From Octopus sinensis (taxonomy: Eukaryota): DNA of 64,000 nt. Location: positions 56,358,001 through 56,422,000 of the forward strand of contig NC_043005.1 of assembly GCF_006345805.1 (NCBI RefSeq). Reading direction: 5' to 3'. Positions 1-12,310 of the stretch are shown piece by piece; within the stretch, counting starts at the first letter, position 1; each line of letters starts with the position of its first letter. Position numbers and translations under genes: made by a program. The notes beneath the pieces were generated by a model, which had not been told where the DNA came from, did no database searches, and saw only the letters and a program-made list of their open reading frames with translations.

Positions 1-143
1 CATTATGAGTTCAAATCCCACCAAGGTTGACTTTGCCTTTCATCCTTTCGGGGTCTATAAAATAAGGACCAGTTAAGCACTGGAGTCAATGTAATTGACT
101 TACTCTTTCCCTCAGAATTGTTGGTTTGTGCTAAAATTTGAAA

Positions 144-178
<35 letters not shown>

Positions 179-593
179 GTTATTATTATCATTCGTTGCC
201 AGCCTCGCCTGGCCCTCGTGCCGGTGGCACATTAAAAGCACCATCCGTTCATGGCCGTTTGCCAACTCTGTCTGGCACCTGTGCGGGTGGCACGTAAAAA
301 ACACCCACTACACTCACGGAGTGGTTGGCATTAGGAAGGGCATCCAGCCGTAGAAACACTGCCAGATTTGACTGGGCCTGATGAAGCCTTCTGGCTTCAC
401 AGACCCCAGTAGAACCGTCCAACCCATGCTAGCATGGAAAACAGACGCTAAACGATGATGATGATCATCATCATTGTTATTATCGTTTATTGTTGTTATT
501 GTTATTATTATTATTATCAATATTATTATTATTGTTTATTGTTGTAGTTGTTGTTGTTGCTGTTATTGTTGTTGTTATTATTATTATCATCAC

Positions 594-644
<51 letters not shown>

Positions 645-880
645 TAAGAAGGTAGCGAGCTGCCAGAATCATTAGCATGCCAGACAAAATGTTTAGTGGC
701 ATTTTGTCTGTCTTTATGTTTGAGTTCAAATTCTGTCATGGTCGACTTTTCCATTCATCCTTTCAGGTTTGATAAAATGAAAACCACTCAAGCACTGGGG
801 TCAATGTGATCAACTGCCCACTACCCCCAAATTTCAGGTCTTGCACCTGTAGTAGAAAGGATTATTATTATTATTATTAT

Positions 881-1560
881 TGAGTGAGAGAGCAGTGCAT
901 GCCATCAAAGTGACACTGGGGTAAAATATACGAAGCCCAATATACCCATCATGACTACCCGTCTGATAAGGGTACACCAGGCACATGCATCACAACCATA
1001 TGTGTGCGACATGGTGATCTCATATTAAGATAAACAGCACATGACCTTGCAGGTGGGGCCCAGTTAGAATTTTCTTCAGGTTGAGTAGCCCATCCCGCTC
1101 AAAAGGTCCCTGAATAAGGGTTGTTTAAGGATGTTGAAAGAACCACCCATGTTTCCAGAGGTGAATTATTCAAACCCCAAAGAATCCCTCTCAACACATG
1201 GCTATGATGTCCCCCACTACTTCTATTATTATTATTATTATTATTATTATTTTCTCAAGGATACGTCTCTCTTCTTTGGGGTTGAAAGATCAATTACAAA
1301 ACCATCCTTGCCAACAATATGTGATTAATTAGCCATTATTTCCATACTTTAGTAAATTGGTATATCTCCCAAGAATATGGTCATTTGTCATTATGTTATA
1401 CCTTTTCTGGTGTTCTGCTTATACCAACTTTTTCTGTTCGAATTTCACAAGGCTTTCTTAACTTCCAGTGTATGTAAGTCCTAACTCTGTAGATCTATTC
1501 TCTCACTGGGCAGCCAGAGACAAAATGGTTAATTGTTTCTTATATTTCTGCAGTAACAAT
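881..1560 (-). mobile_element. Degenerate RLE-type (R4/Dong/NeSL-like) non-LTR retrotransposon 3' end
   Basis: Frameshifted minus-strand remnants ETINHFVSGCP (CCHC knuckle), YIHWKL, WYKxTPEKV, SHIVGKD (resembling RPDIVVKD) and VIDLSTP at 1255-1560. A linked 340-bp non-coding segment ends in an (AAT)n tail at about 860-885. Confidence 0.6.
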
Positions 1561-1670
1561 GCATTCTACTTCTCTACATACTTTTGGTAGTTGCAAGGCC
1601 ATGATCTTCTGTCACAGTAGAAAATCTTATGGCCTCAGCATTGTCTCCTGCACTTTTCAGCTAGTGTTAT

Positions 1671-2066
1671 ACTCTTACTCTTTTACTTGTTTCAGTCATT
1701 TGACTGTGGCCATGCTGGAGCACCACCTTCAGTCAAGCAAATCGACCCCAGGACTTATTCTTTGTAAGCCTAGTACTTATTCTATCGGTCTCTTTTGCCG
1801 AACTGCTAAGTTACGTGGACATGAACACACCAGCATCAGTTGTCAAGCAATGTAGGGGGGGACAGACACAGACGCACAAACATATACATATATACATATA
1901 TACGACAGGCTTCTTTCAGTTTCTGTCTACCAAATCCAATCACAAGGCTTTGGTCGGCCCAAAATTATAGTAGAAGACACTTGTCCAAGGTGCCATGCAG
2001 TGGGACTGAACCCAGAACCATGTGGTTGGTAAGCAAGCTACTTACCACACAGCTGCTCCTACACCT
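1671..2066 (-). mobile_element. tRNA-derived composite SINE with CORE-like segment
   Basis: Head ggctgtgtggtaagtagcttgc...gggttcagtccc (A/B boxes), gcaccttggacaagtgtc, internal TA/CA microsatellite, AAAGAGT-type tail. Confidence 0.8.
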
Positions 2067-2250
2067 ATGATTTCCTTTTTTTCTTTTTTTGCTCTTTTCT
2101 ATTTCTTCTGGTTCAGGTTCTTTCTTTCTCTCTTTTAGCTTTCTTCCTTCCATCCATGTATTTCTAAGCTATATTATTTTTGTTGATTGTTTCACCTATC
2201 AATTAATTAATTGCTACTGTATTTTTTCCCTTTCTTCTTAAAAATTGCAG

Positions 2251-2389
2251 CATTATATTCAAAACTGGCGAGCCAGGTTACCTAATTTAGAAAATCTAGT
2301 GTTGAACTCCACCAATGTAAAATGGGAAGATGTCGTCCAGTTGTGTGGACACCTACCTGCGCTGAAAGATCTACATTTATGTCAAAATG
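2251..2389 (+). CDS. TBCEL: TBCEL (tubulin-specific chaperone cofactor E-like) coding exon, first in window; upstream exons lie outside the window
   Basis: ttgcag|CAT...AATG|gtattt. Encodes HYIQNWRARLPNLENLVLNSTNVKWEDVVQLCGHLPALKDLHLCQN, an LRR with LxxLxLxxT/N pattern. Phase-1 end matches the next exon. Confidence 0.9.
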
Positions 2390-2438
2390 GTATTTTACTC
2401 ATATTTTTCTTCCTTTTTTTTTATTATCATTATTATTA

Positions 2439-2485
<47 letters not shown>

Positions 2486-2743
2486 GGTTGCTCCTGTCGT
2501 TTTCAATGTATGAGTGTTTGAAGGAAAGAATTTAAAGAAATTAAGTGCAAAAAAGAAAAAAAAAGCTTTAAAAAAAAAGAACAAAAGTAGCTGCATCCAT
2601 TTGCAATGGATGTGTGAATGTTATTTGAATCCAGGTATGGATTTTGCTATGAAGTCACAATGGGGATACTGATGACTTTGATTTTGCCTGGGATTGGGCA
2701 AATGTGTCTGTTGATTGCAGGATATAATTCTTTAATTATTATT

Positions 2744-3165
2744 CAGTGAGAGAGCAGTGCATGCCATCAGAGTGATACTGGGGTAAAATATACGAAACCC
2801 AGTATACCCATCATGACTGCTTGTCTGATAAGGGTACACTAGGCACATGCATCACAACCATATGTGCGTGACATGGTGATCTCATATCAAGATAAACAGC
2901 ACATAACCTTGAAGGTGGGGCCCAGTTAGAATTTTCTTCTGGTTGAGTAGCCCATTCTGCTCAAAAGGTCCTTGAGTAAGGGTTGTTTAAGGATGTTGAA
3001 CAAAACACCCATGTTTCCAGAGGTGAATTATTCAAACCCCAAAGAATCCCTCTCAACACATGGCTATGATGCTCCCCAACTACTTCTGCTCATGATCAGA
3101 AATGCACATATCATCAGCCACTAAGGGACATGCTCAACTGGTTATGGTCAAACATCTAACAAGGA
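2744..3165 (-). mobile_element. Second copy of the same 3' non-coding segment
   Basis: Direct alignment to 881-1222 (gagtgagagagcagtgcatgccatca...ggctatgatg), also ending in an ATT-rich tail. Confidence 0.8.
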
Positions 3166-3248
3166 AATCTGTGGTATTCAGCAGAATATTTGCTGTAGCC
3201 CATCTTTTATACCAAGACAAAACAATATACATGATAACACTATTGTTG

Positions 3249-3292
<44 letters not shown>

Positions 3293-5268
3293 TATTATTA
3301 TCATTATTATTATTATTATTATTATTATTTCGCCCCCCCCCATCCTGGTATTTTGATTGCTTTAACAAATTAATAGTTATATTTGTCTTGTTTACATTAA
3401 TAAGTTTTAAATAATTACAGTTATAAGTATATTGTTCAAGGTTAGTAATATTTGAAAATCATAGTTGACATCCTGCCAACAAAAGGTCTGATCTTTCATA
3501 TCTTATTATCAATGTATGCTGTGAATTGTAGCATAATGACAGCAGTATTAGTAAATAATGAATGTTGGTATATTGTTGTTGTTCAGTTCAAGGTCAGCTC
3601 TGATTGAGGGGACCTATGATCAAAGGCCATAACCAGTCATTAACTGCATAATCTTTTTGTTTTCAAATATAGTGTATCTAGGACAGTATTATCCCATGTG
3701 TCTCTCTCATTTCTTTTTCTGGGGTTTTTCTTTTTTTATTTTTGTAAAGATGAAAGAGTGTAATTTAGAAGATATATGGCTGCTATTTCTTGCAAATCAT
3801 GACGATCATAAAAGCTCCCTTGTTGGGATCATATTAATGTTCTCATAGGTTTGTGTATATTATGATCAGTGCAGTGTAGCAATGAAACCATATTTTATCT
3901 AGCTTGTTATCTAATGATTTTTCATAAGTTTGAAAGATTTTTTTTTCTTTATGACTGTAATGTTGATGTATAATAACTTCAGTTTCTTGTTGATGTATTT
4001 GAGGAACTGAATGAAATATTTGAGCTGTTGTTTTACAGCTGGGAGCTCTTGTTTAAACCTTCTCATTCTTGTAAAACAGAAGTATCAGCTACCTCTAAGT
4101 TGACTAGAGCTAGTCAAATAATTGATTCTGTCTGAAGTCACAGCACAGTGCCTTCAGGATAGGTCTGTTCTCACATGGGAGACTGGGGCTCAATTCCCCA
4201 AGCAGGAATTTTTCCTTGATCTTAAGGCAGCGAGTTGGCAGAATCATTAACACACCAGACAAAATGCTGAGCAACATTTCTCCTGGTTTTGCATTCTGAG
4301 TTCAATTCCCATTGAGGTTAACTTTGCTTATCATCCTTTAGGGGTTGATAAATAAGTACCAGCCAGCTATTAGGGGTGGGAGGTCATAGTAATCAACTAC
4401 CGGCTCCCATAAAAATTTCAGGTCTTGTGCCTGTATAGGAAAGGATTATTTGGAACGAAAAGATTCAAATGAGAAATCCACCACATTCCTCAATTGTCAG
4501 ACTTACACATTAATAAGATTGTCTACAAAATTAGAATACAGAATATGTGAATGATATATAAAAGAACCTTATAATTCAAATATAGTAATAAAAAATATCA
4601 TTCAAATATAGTTTAAATGATATCATTTTATTGGAATTAAGTCGTTTTATTATATCTGTAGGGCTTGAATGGGCTGGGGTGTTTGATATTTCTGTTCTAC
4701 AGATTCTTAATTATTCATCATCATCATCATCATCATTTAACATCCACCTTCCATGCTGACATGGATGGGACGGTTAGAGCCAGCCAGAGAGAAGCCTGCA
4801 CCAGACTTCTGTAACTGTTTTGGCAGGATTTTTACAGTTGGATGCCCTTCCTAACACCAACCACCCACCCAGCAGAGTGGACTCCCAGTAGAGTAAAATT
4901 TGCTTTCGATTTTGTCCTCTTTAACCTTCTGTCTGTCCTGTGTCTCACATGTAATACACAGGACATATTTCCCTGGCATCCATGCATCATGTGTGATACA
5001 TATTCTCAGTTTATTCTACTGCCAGGACTTATAAAAAGAAAGCTTTATATATGGAATGTATGAAACAAGGGCCAACTAAAAGGCTGAAAACAAGCATCCC
5101 CTCCCCAAGTTGTCCTTGTGGCAAAAATTTGAAATCATTATTCTTATCATCATCGTTATTATTATACTTTATTTTCAAACTTGCCCTGTAGTAGTTTTCT
5201 TTAATCACTATTACTATTACACAGTGCTTCACGTTAACTCTAATGCTTTTTGTCTTTCATTCGAATAG

Positions 5269-5350
5269 GTTATACGGTATTGGATTGTACGCATCTGGAT
5301 AAAATACAGCGGGTACAATCTATATGGATGAATGATAACTATATAAACAG
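5269..5350 (+). CDS. TBCEL: TBCEL coding exon
   Basis: gaatag|GT...AACAG|gtataa. Encodes (G)YTVLDCTHLDKIQRVQSIWMNDNYIN(S); phase 1 in, phase 2 out. Not in the ORF track. Confidence 0.85.
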
Positions 5351-6001
5351 GTATAAAACACTTACCCACTCTCCTTTCTTCATTTTTCAAATATGCTGGC
5401 ACTCTTAATGAATATCTTTCTACTGTGGTTGCTTTTCAACAAGTGTCACTTTGTTACCTGCTCAATTTCTGATGCTAACCACCTTAAAAAGGCACAAGCA
5501 TCACATATTCTAATTCCTCACCCCCACTCAGTAAATCAATACGTTATCTCATTGTGTTCCAATTTACCAAATTATAACTTTTATGTGTCTGTGTAAATAT
5601 TGGGTGTGCAAAAATCAATGCCATCAAACAAAACTACCTCACTGTTGTATTTAGTTTTATCAAAATTATGTGGATTGCCAAGGATTGGCAACATATTAGC
5701 CTCTAAGTTGTTTACTAGGAACCTCAGACAGTTTCTGAAAAACACTTTTACATTCTAATGTATTTATGGTCTCTTGAGTAGTCGGTAACTTTTAGATAGT
5801 CTTTTGTATCATGATTCATTTAATTTTTTGCTTATATAGGATGACCAGATATATATGTGTATATATCTTTAAAAAAAAAGCATAAAAAATTCTCTATACA
5901 TTTTCACTTTGTTAAGATAAATTCAGTTTATGAAACTGTTATATATGAAAAATATTTTATAAATGCAGTTCTCCTAATATAATTTTTTTTCTCCTTTCCA
6001 G

Positions 6002-6701
6002 TTGGTTTGAGATCTGGAAGTTGCGCTATCTGCCAAATTTGAAATCTCTTGTTTTATCAGGAAATCCTGTGGATGAATTGTTTTATCATTTTGAACAATT
6101 AGAAGAAACTAGTTATTCCTTTGAAACTCCTGAGAAGCAGGAGGTATTCTCTGAAGCAAGTTCTCCGCATGAAACCAAATTGAAATCTTCCAGTGTTCGT
6201 AGAAAACTTCTCATGGACAATTCTGTATCTTGTGGGCAGTATCTTGGTGTATTTAATGATATTACTGAGAAGTGTCATTCTAGATCCCAGAATGAAGAAT
6301 TCACAGTTATCAGCTGCAAAACCTGGTCAGATTCTGACAGTCTTCAGGATGCGGAAATGAAACAAGACTGTGAAGAAAGTCAGATGGAATCTGAGCCTAT
6401 TGATATCAACTACAAAAATGTGATTTATTCTGATTCAAGCAATGGTTCTTCCAAACAGGAGATTGAAGAAACATTAGATGCCTCCAGTTGTGACAGTCCA
6501 CGGTTCAATGATTCTGGTTGTGGTAGCAGTATTTCTTCCAGTTTTATTATAAATGAAGAGGACTATTTATGTGACCAAAAAGTATTAGGAAGACCCTTTG
6601 AGAAATTACACACTTTGTGTCTTAGTAAAACATCAGTTAGTGGATGGGATCAAGTAGCGCAACTTAGAAAATTTCCTGCATTAAAATCTGTTCGCTTGAT
6701 G
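6002..6701 (+). CDS. TBCEL: TBCEL large coding exon: LRR + 168-aa Ser/acidic segment + LRR
   Basis: ttccag|T TGG...ATG|gtaagt. WFEIWKLRYLPNLKSLVLSGNP...RPFEKLHTLCLSKTSVSGWDQVAQLRKFPALKSVRLM matches the TBCE/TBCEL LRRs. Overlaps ORF 6021..6818. Confidence 0.92.
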
Positions 6702-8059
6702 GTAAGTTCAGACCATATTTTCCATTTACAATATACATACATACATACACATTTATCATCATCAACAATATATTTTAACATCAGTCTGCCACACTGGTAT
6801 GAGTTGGACTGTTTTTAGTTTTGGTATGGTTTTTACAGCTGGATGCCCTTCATAATGCCAATCACTTTACATAGTAGACTTGGTGCTTTTTATGTCCCAC
6901 CAGCACCAGTGACATCTGTTTTGGCATGGTTTTCATAGCTGGATGTTCCTCCTAACACCATCTACTTCACAAGGTGGACTGTGTGCTTTCGAATGGCACC
7001 AGCACTAGTGAGGTCTGTTTCGGCATGGTTTTTATGGCTGGATGCCCTTCCTAATGCCAGCCATTTTACTGAATGGACTGGGTGCTTTTTACATGGTGCC
7101 AGCATATAAAATAAATATGTATATTATAACTATTAAGATAATCATTGCCATTGTTATTAGTGGCATTGTTATTTTGTTCTACATTCCTCATATAGTATCA
7201 TATACTTTTAAGCAATTTATTTCCTTCCATGCTTATAAGTTCTTCAGTCTTTTATAAATATTAAAATTCTTTTTTAAAGAATTTACAATGTCTTAGAATA
7301 ATTTCTGTAAAGTACTTTTTAAAAGTTTATTTTATCCATTATCTATTCTATTTGGAATTCTTTTTTACGGTAAATTTGAAATTAGGCTTGAAATACCTCA
7401 ATGAAATATCTCAAATTATGGTCCTAAAATCCTTTGGTTTTTAGTTGGGTTTTAAAGGAATTTGCAACTAAGATCAGACAGCAAGTTTCACAATACACTA
7501 ATTTACATTGACACCACACCTGCAAGAGTTTCAATCTTTCTTTGGCATTTATCTGTCTTGAAAGACAATGGAATTATATATCACTGCTCATTCAAAGATT
7601 TGAATTGGAATCCAACAGGAGGGAAAGGAACCACCTCCTATACTATGGTTATCCCCTTTCAAAGTGGCACTGAGTGTATGGTGCCAGCCTGAGATGATTT
7701 ATGAAAACCTTAGGCCATCCAGATACTACAGTCAGTAAAAATCTAACTGAGTAAGAAATCTTCCAGTGGCAGTCTTTCATTAGATATCTATGAGCCTGTA
7801 CCTATGGCTATCTGTCTAGAAAGAGAGAAAATTATTAATCATAGGATCCTGAATTAACTTACAACTTTGTTAGCTTTTAATAGTTTACTTTGGTGACTGG
7901 TTATGTGGTGACCTGGGGCAAAGTTGAAATCTTTAAAAGTTAAGGTTAGTATTAACATATATAATCCTTTTATTACCATATTTCTGTTGACATACACTAC
8001 ATTGTACATTATTTACATTTGACGGATATTTGACCTCATCTTGTTTCTTGTTTGTTGTT

Positions 8060-8105
8060 AACACAATGTTTCGGCTGATATACCCTCCAGCCTTCATCAG
8101 GTGTC
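8060..8105 (-). ncRNA. Minimal type I hammerhead ribozyme motif of a Penelope-like element fragment (about 7945-8120)
   Basis: Minus strand reads GACAC-CUGAUGA-A-GGCUG(gagggtatat)CAGCC-GAAAC-AUU-GUGUU: core boxes, 5-bp stem II and 5-bp stem I. Stem III is the AACAUU near-palindrome. Confidence 0.7.
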
Positions 8106-8956
8106 TTGGGGAATTTTCTTCATGCGACAACTGGGGATCAAAGAAAAAAATTATCGGTGCACTTCACATGCAAAATTAAAAACAAACAAAACAATGTTTC
8201 CAAGTTAAAAATTATTGGGTAAAAATATAGAAAACTATTACCTGCCTCATTTTATTCACCATACTTTAATGTTTAATAAAATTATTGTTGAACAAAATCA
8301 TAGCAGTGACATAGGTGTGTGGTTAAGAAGTTTAGGGTTAGCTCTCACAGTTTAGTACCTCCCATTGCATGGCTCCTTGGGCAAGTGTCAGTTAAAGCCT
8401 TGAAATGCAGCCAGCAGTGAAAACCATGTCAAAACAGACCTCACCAGTGCTGGTGTCATATTAAAGACACCCAGGCCACTCTGTAAAGTGGCTGGCATTA
8501 GAAAGAGCATGCCACTGAAAAAATCATGCCAAAACAAACAGTAAAGTCCTCTGGCTTACTTTCTCCTTTCAAATTGCCCAACCCATACACCACCAAGGAA
8601 AAGGGATGTTAAATGATGATGATGATGGTGATGATATGCATGTATGTACATAGTATGTGTGGATCTGTGAGTGCCTTTATGTTTGTCCTGTGCCACCTCT
8701 GACAGCCAGCATTGGTTTGTTTACATCCCCATAACTTAGCAGTACCAATAGAATAAGTACCAGATTTAAAATAAGTACTGGAATTGAATTGTTTAAACTA
8801 AATCCTTCAAAGTGGTACCCCAGCATGGCCACAGTCCTGTGACAAAAACAAGATAAAGATAGAAGAATATTCATTGTTTCAAAACTAACTTTAGCTTTAG
8901 ATAAGGAAATCAGAATAAGAAACCAGTTTTATGAAATTCTCGAACATGATTGATTT

Positions 8957-9218
8957 ACAATTGCAGCATGGAAGGTGTTTGTAAGCCATTTAAGAAACGC
9001 ACAAAAGCCGTTCGATTCACTTCAACATTTAAGTTTAATTTGTCAAAATATTTTCATCGCTTTAATCTCAGATGCAGCACGGATTTTTGTCAGTGAACAG
9101 GTCATGGTCTTAAAGCGACGAAAATATTTTGACAAATTAAACTTAAATGTTGAAGTGAATCGAACGGCTTTTGTGTGTTTCTTAAATGGCTTACAAACAC
9201 CTTCCACGCTGCAATTGT
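8957..9218. mobile_element. Fold-back MITE (about 108-bp inverted arms, 44-bp spacer) in a TBCEL intron
   Basis: acaattgcagcatggaaggtgtttgtaagcc...tcgctttaa (8957-9065) is the reverse complement of ttaaagcga...ggcttacaaacaccttccacgctgcaattgt (9110-9218), with few mismatches. Confidence 0.9.
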
Positions 9219-9438
9219 TTTCGTTTCAGCACACGATCTCATATCAAATCACTTGCTATGCAAGTACATCTCTGATTAATGTACAACTGTCTGTAAACAT
9301 CAACACATTATCATATTTGTTGATATTTCAGACTACATTGACTGAAGTCTTCCCTGCTTTTCATTCCCAAGCTTTTATCTATCAGATAGGTTTTCCATTA
9401 TTTCATTGCTTCTAATGTCTTTTCTTTTCTATAATCAG

Positions 9439-9497
9439 GATATTCCATTTTTATTGGACATTTCATCTGAAGAACGAAGAAAACTTTACATTGCCAG
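9439..9497 (+). CDS. TBCEL: TBCEL coding exon
   Basis: aatcag|GAT...GCCAG|gtaaga. DIPFLLDISSEERRKLYIA resembles human TBCEL GIPLLQPYTTEERRKLVIA. Confidence 0.92.
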
Positions 9498-9778
9498 GTA
9501 AGAGGATTGTTAATTTTTTTGATTTTTTTTTTTTTTTTAGTTCTTAAATTGTGAAGTGAGGTATTAGGAATGATAGATAGTATGAAACTCTAGAGAGAGC
9601 TGAACAGTAGTAGGTCTTCAGAGAAGCATGAAGATAAAATCTTTTACCATTGAAATCTTATAGAAAGCAAGCTGATCTGTGTTTGTCTATCTATCATAAG
9701 ACATATGTTGGAGGGAAGAAGGGAAAGAGAAAAAGATATTGTTGTTGAGAGTGAAATACATTGAGAAAGAGAGAGAGG

Positions 9779-9813
<35 letters not shown>

Positions 9814-11024
9814 ATAGATAGAAGAGTAGTGTTGTCACCATAATAACAAGTTTTGATGTGGGGATTTTAAGTGCAAGTCTGTCAACACATTGCAACTTAG
9901 ACTTCAAAAATAGACTTTAACAAATATTTTTCACCTGCAGCGTAGCAATTGTTAGCAGCCTAGTTTTTGATAAAATGTAAAGTATTCATGAATACATTAT
10001 ACAGTAAGCCATAGACATACATGAGGGCTACAACACAGCATTTACTGCAAACAAAAATCAAGTTATATTTCACTACGTAAAATATAAAATGTAGGATGTT
10101 AAGTTTACTCCAGAGATTTAATTCAAACATTTTTCAACATAAAAAGCTTCCAAGGACCAGCTGGTGGTGTTCGACTGGGTACAGATTAAGTCTGCTACCC
10201 AAGAATTCAAAATACAAAGAATCAAAATTTTATAAAGCCAACCTTCAAAGAATGAAAGAAAGGCAAAGTTGATCTTGTTAGCATTTGAACGCAGAGTGTA
10301 TTTATCCTGAACAAATGCTACAAAGCATTTTGCCCCATACTCCAATGACTCTGCCAAATTGCTGGAACTGCCTACTCTTGAAATTTATCAATTTCATACA
10401 AGCTTATCATGTATGACTTCAAGCTCAAAATATTTTTGTCATTCATTATCATTATATGATTTTTTTATACTTTTTTAAGACAGCAAGAAGTGGTTTGAGG
10501 GAGAGCTAGCTGCTTTTTGTGGCAGGTTGAGTAACCACATAGAGCAGCAGTCCCCAACCTATTAGTCATGTGTAACTGTGAAGGGGCCATGAAGATAAAA
10601 TCTTTTACCATTGAAATATTGAAATCTTATATTATAAAAGTCAAACTGATCTGTCTCTACCATCACAACATATATGTAGAAGACGGGAAGAAGAAGTTGT
10701 TGAGAGAAAGGGAAAGGGTGTGACACAACGCTTTAAATTTTGGAGGAGGGGGCTAGTCAGTTATATCAACTTCAGTGCTTGACTGGTATTTATTTTATCG
10801 ACCCTAAAAGGATGAAAGGCCTCCGCCCTCTGCCTTAATTATCATTATATAAATAGCAATAATATGAAGTCAAATTGTTAACTGATATAATACAATTTTC
10901 TGCATTCTTATTTTATTTATTAATTTGTTACTTCAGTTACTGGGTTTTATTTATATAAGTTTGTTATTATATAAGTATATATTGTAAATATTTACATATA
11001 TTTTTTTTTTTTCGTCTTTTTAAG

Positions 11025-11161
11025 TTTGCCAAATATTTCATGCCTCAATGGCAGTGAAGTGACCTTAACAGAAAAAGAAAAAGCTGAACGACAATTTTTG
11101 CGATATTATTGTGAAAAGATTGATAAACCTGTTTGGTTTTGTGAACTGGAAGCTAAGCATG
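11025..11161 (+). CDS. TBCEL: TBCEL coding exon (LRR cap)
   Basis: tttaag|T TTG...CAT G|gtaaat. LPNISCLNGSEVTLTEKEKAERQFLRYYCEKIDKPVWFCELEAKHG resembles LPSVSKLNGS...ERFFIRYY...YHELITKYG. Confidence 0.92.
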
Positions 11162-12310
11162 GTAAATGTTTTTGTTTTGCGTATTGTTCTCTATAGTAAA
11201 CTGACAGTTCTGTCATAAAGTCATGTAGTTGATAAAAAAAAAAAATATATCAGATAACCTCACAAGGCATTGATTGGCAGTAGAAGACACTAGCCCAAAG
11301 TGCTGCACAGTGGAATTGAACCTGAAGCCACATGATTGTAAAGTGAGCTTCTTAGCCCCACAGCCATATTATCTGTTATCTTTTACTTGTTTCAGTCATT
11401 TGACTGCAGCCATACTGGAGAATCACCTTGAAGAATTTTCTTTTGATTGGATGAATCAAACCCAGTACATATTTTTTTTAAGCCCAGTACTTATTCTGTC
11501 AGTCTGTTTTGTTGAACCGCTAAACACGCCAGTACCAATCGTTAAATGGTGGTGGGGACAAACACAGACACAAAGATGCACACACACACACACACACATA
11601 TATATGATGGTCTTCTTTCAGTTTCTGTCTACTAAATCCAATCACAAGGCTTTGGTCAGCCCAAGACTATAGTAGAAGATACTGGCCCAAGGTGCCATGC
11701 AATGAGACTGAACCTAGAACCATGTGGTTGGGAAGTAAGTTTCTTACCACACAGCTGAAACTTCCACAGCATCTTGATTATATTGAAAAGTTATTGACAC
11801 ATAACCATAGTGTACTCATTGGAAATATAGTCATGAAGGGGTTCAAGACAGAAGATTATAAATAAGCACATCAACTCAATGAGTCAATGAGCAAGCCTCC
11901 AAGTCAGTCATGGGCAACCCTGCTGCTCACAGGATTTTCTGAATGGCACACCTAACGCAAAACTATCTTGAATTTTGGAAGTAGAGTGTAGCTCACCTGG
12001 TGATCAGCCATGTCTCATGCAGACCGCTTCTCAGAAAAGGTTGCCCATACCTACTCTAAGTGGTTGCTTGAAATGGTTGAGATAGCAGCTAAATTTCCCT
12101 CAAATTACATGCTACCATATCAGTAAAAGAACTCATTGTATATGATCTAAGATATGCTACTACTTAAAAAGATTGTGATGGTCATGTTTGGCATATTTTT
12201 GATCATAGATTTAATCAGGAGCTAAAATTGGGAGCCAAACAACAACATAAGTTTGATGAAACTTTTCCCACCAGGATGAATAGACTGATGTAAAAATGAA
12301 TTATAATTGT

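Noticed and set aside
138-3356. Poly-L/I/N/Y/D ORFs (also 42665-43024 YI repeats and HT/CV repeats elsewhere)
   Set aside because: Translations of (TTA)n, (TCA)n, (TA)n and (CA)n microsatellites.
8975-9415. 146-aa ORF
   Set aside because: Runs through the fold-back MITE inside a TBCEL intron and has no recognisable domain.
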